From assembly GCA_964578585.1 (NCBI GenBank), contig CAZODM010000002.1, positions 540-64,539 of the forward strand: a stretch of 64,000 bases of DNA, given 5' to 3'. Below are positions 63,977-64,000 of the stretch, piece by piece. Numbering within the stretch: the stretch's first letter is position 1; each line of letters starts with the position of its first letter. Below the pieces are notes generated by a model. It was given only the letters and a program-made list of their open reading frames with translations. It was not told the DNA's origin and did no database searches. A program made the translations under genes and the position numbers. This stretch comes from an uncultured Desulfobacterales bacterium. GTDB lineage: Bacteria > Desulfobacterota > Dissulfuribacteria > Dissulfuribacterales > JAMONC01.

Positions 63977-64000
63977 CTACTTCCAATACTCCTTTCTTTA

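Noticed and set aside
1-64000. Looked for CRISPR arrays, tRNA, rRNA and tmRNA genes, and intact mobile elements.
   Set aside because: No regularly spaced direct repeats were seen. No T-loop/acceptor-type tRNA signatures (GGTTCGAATCC-like) occur in any intergenic gap, and no rRNA-like segments are present. The only IS material is the decayed remnants reported above.

Overview
AT-rich chromosomal window from a flagellated, probably anaerobic, diderm bacterium (Hcp, an AhbD-like radical SAM enzyme and TonB/ExbBD are all present). All calls were made by eye from the sequence and the ORF track; no searches were run.

Layout:
- 108-1415: a nitrilase-family/HldC-like fusion gene.
- 1.5-15.1 kb: flagellar export/switch cluster fliLMNOPQR-flhBAFG-fliA behind a perfect sigma-54 promoter. 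A sigma-28-type promoter then drives cheY and three unusual small or acidic genes.
- 15.2-25.8 kb: housekeeping genes (DegT-type aminotransferase, radA, histidine kinase, secA, GNAT, SPOR protein, argS).
- 25.8-27.1 kb: a gene graveyard holding a decayed IS256/Mutator-type transposase and a frameshifted AAA-ATPase-like stub.
- 27.6-38.5 kb: a cobalamin-riboswitch-gated 10-gene operon (minus strand). It contains a CbiK-like chelatase, a complete Vibrio TonB2/Ttp-type energizer (DUF3450, TtpC-like, ExbB, ExbD, TonB, TPR), an extended CbiZ, a lipoprotein/S-component-like permease chimera and a tandem ABC ATPase. It lacks a TonB-dependent barrel, BtuCF and EcfT.
- 38.6-43.1 kb: AhbD-like radical SAM gene followed by hemE-hemH-hemY.
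- 43.3-54.4 kb: a second sigma-54 promoter, a 794-aa secreted TPR protein, a FleQ-like activator with a degenerate receiver, then flgBC-fliEFGHIJ and a YlxF/MotE-like gene.
- 54.4-54.95 kb: a second, inverted IS256-type remnant.
- 54.95-64 kb: rtcB-archease plus a 3-TM PnuC-like mini-protein, hcp, priA, galU, acs.

The best candidate for an undescribed system is the riboswitch-controlled corrinoid operon, especially its 615-aa lipoprotein-permease chimera. No CRISPR array, tRNA or rRNA was seen.
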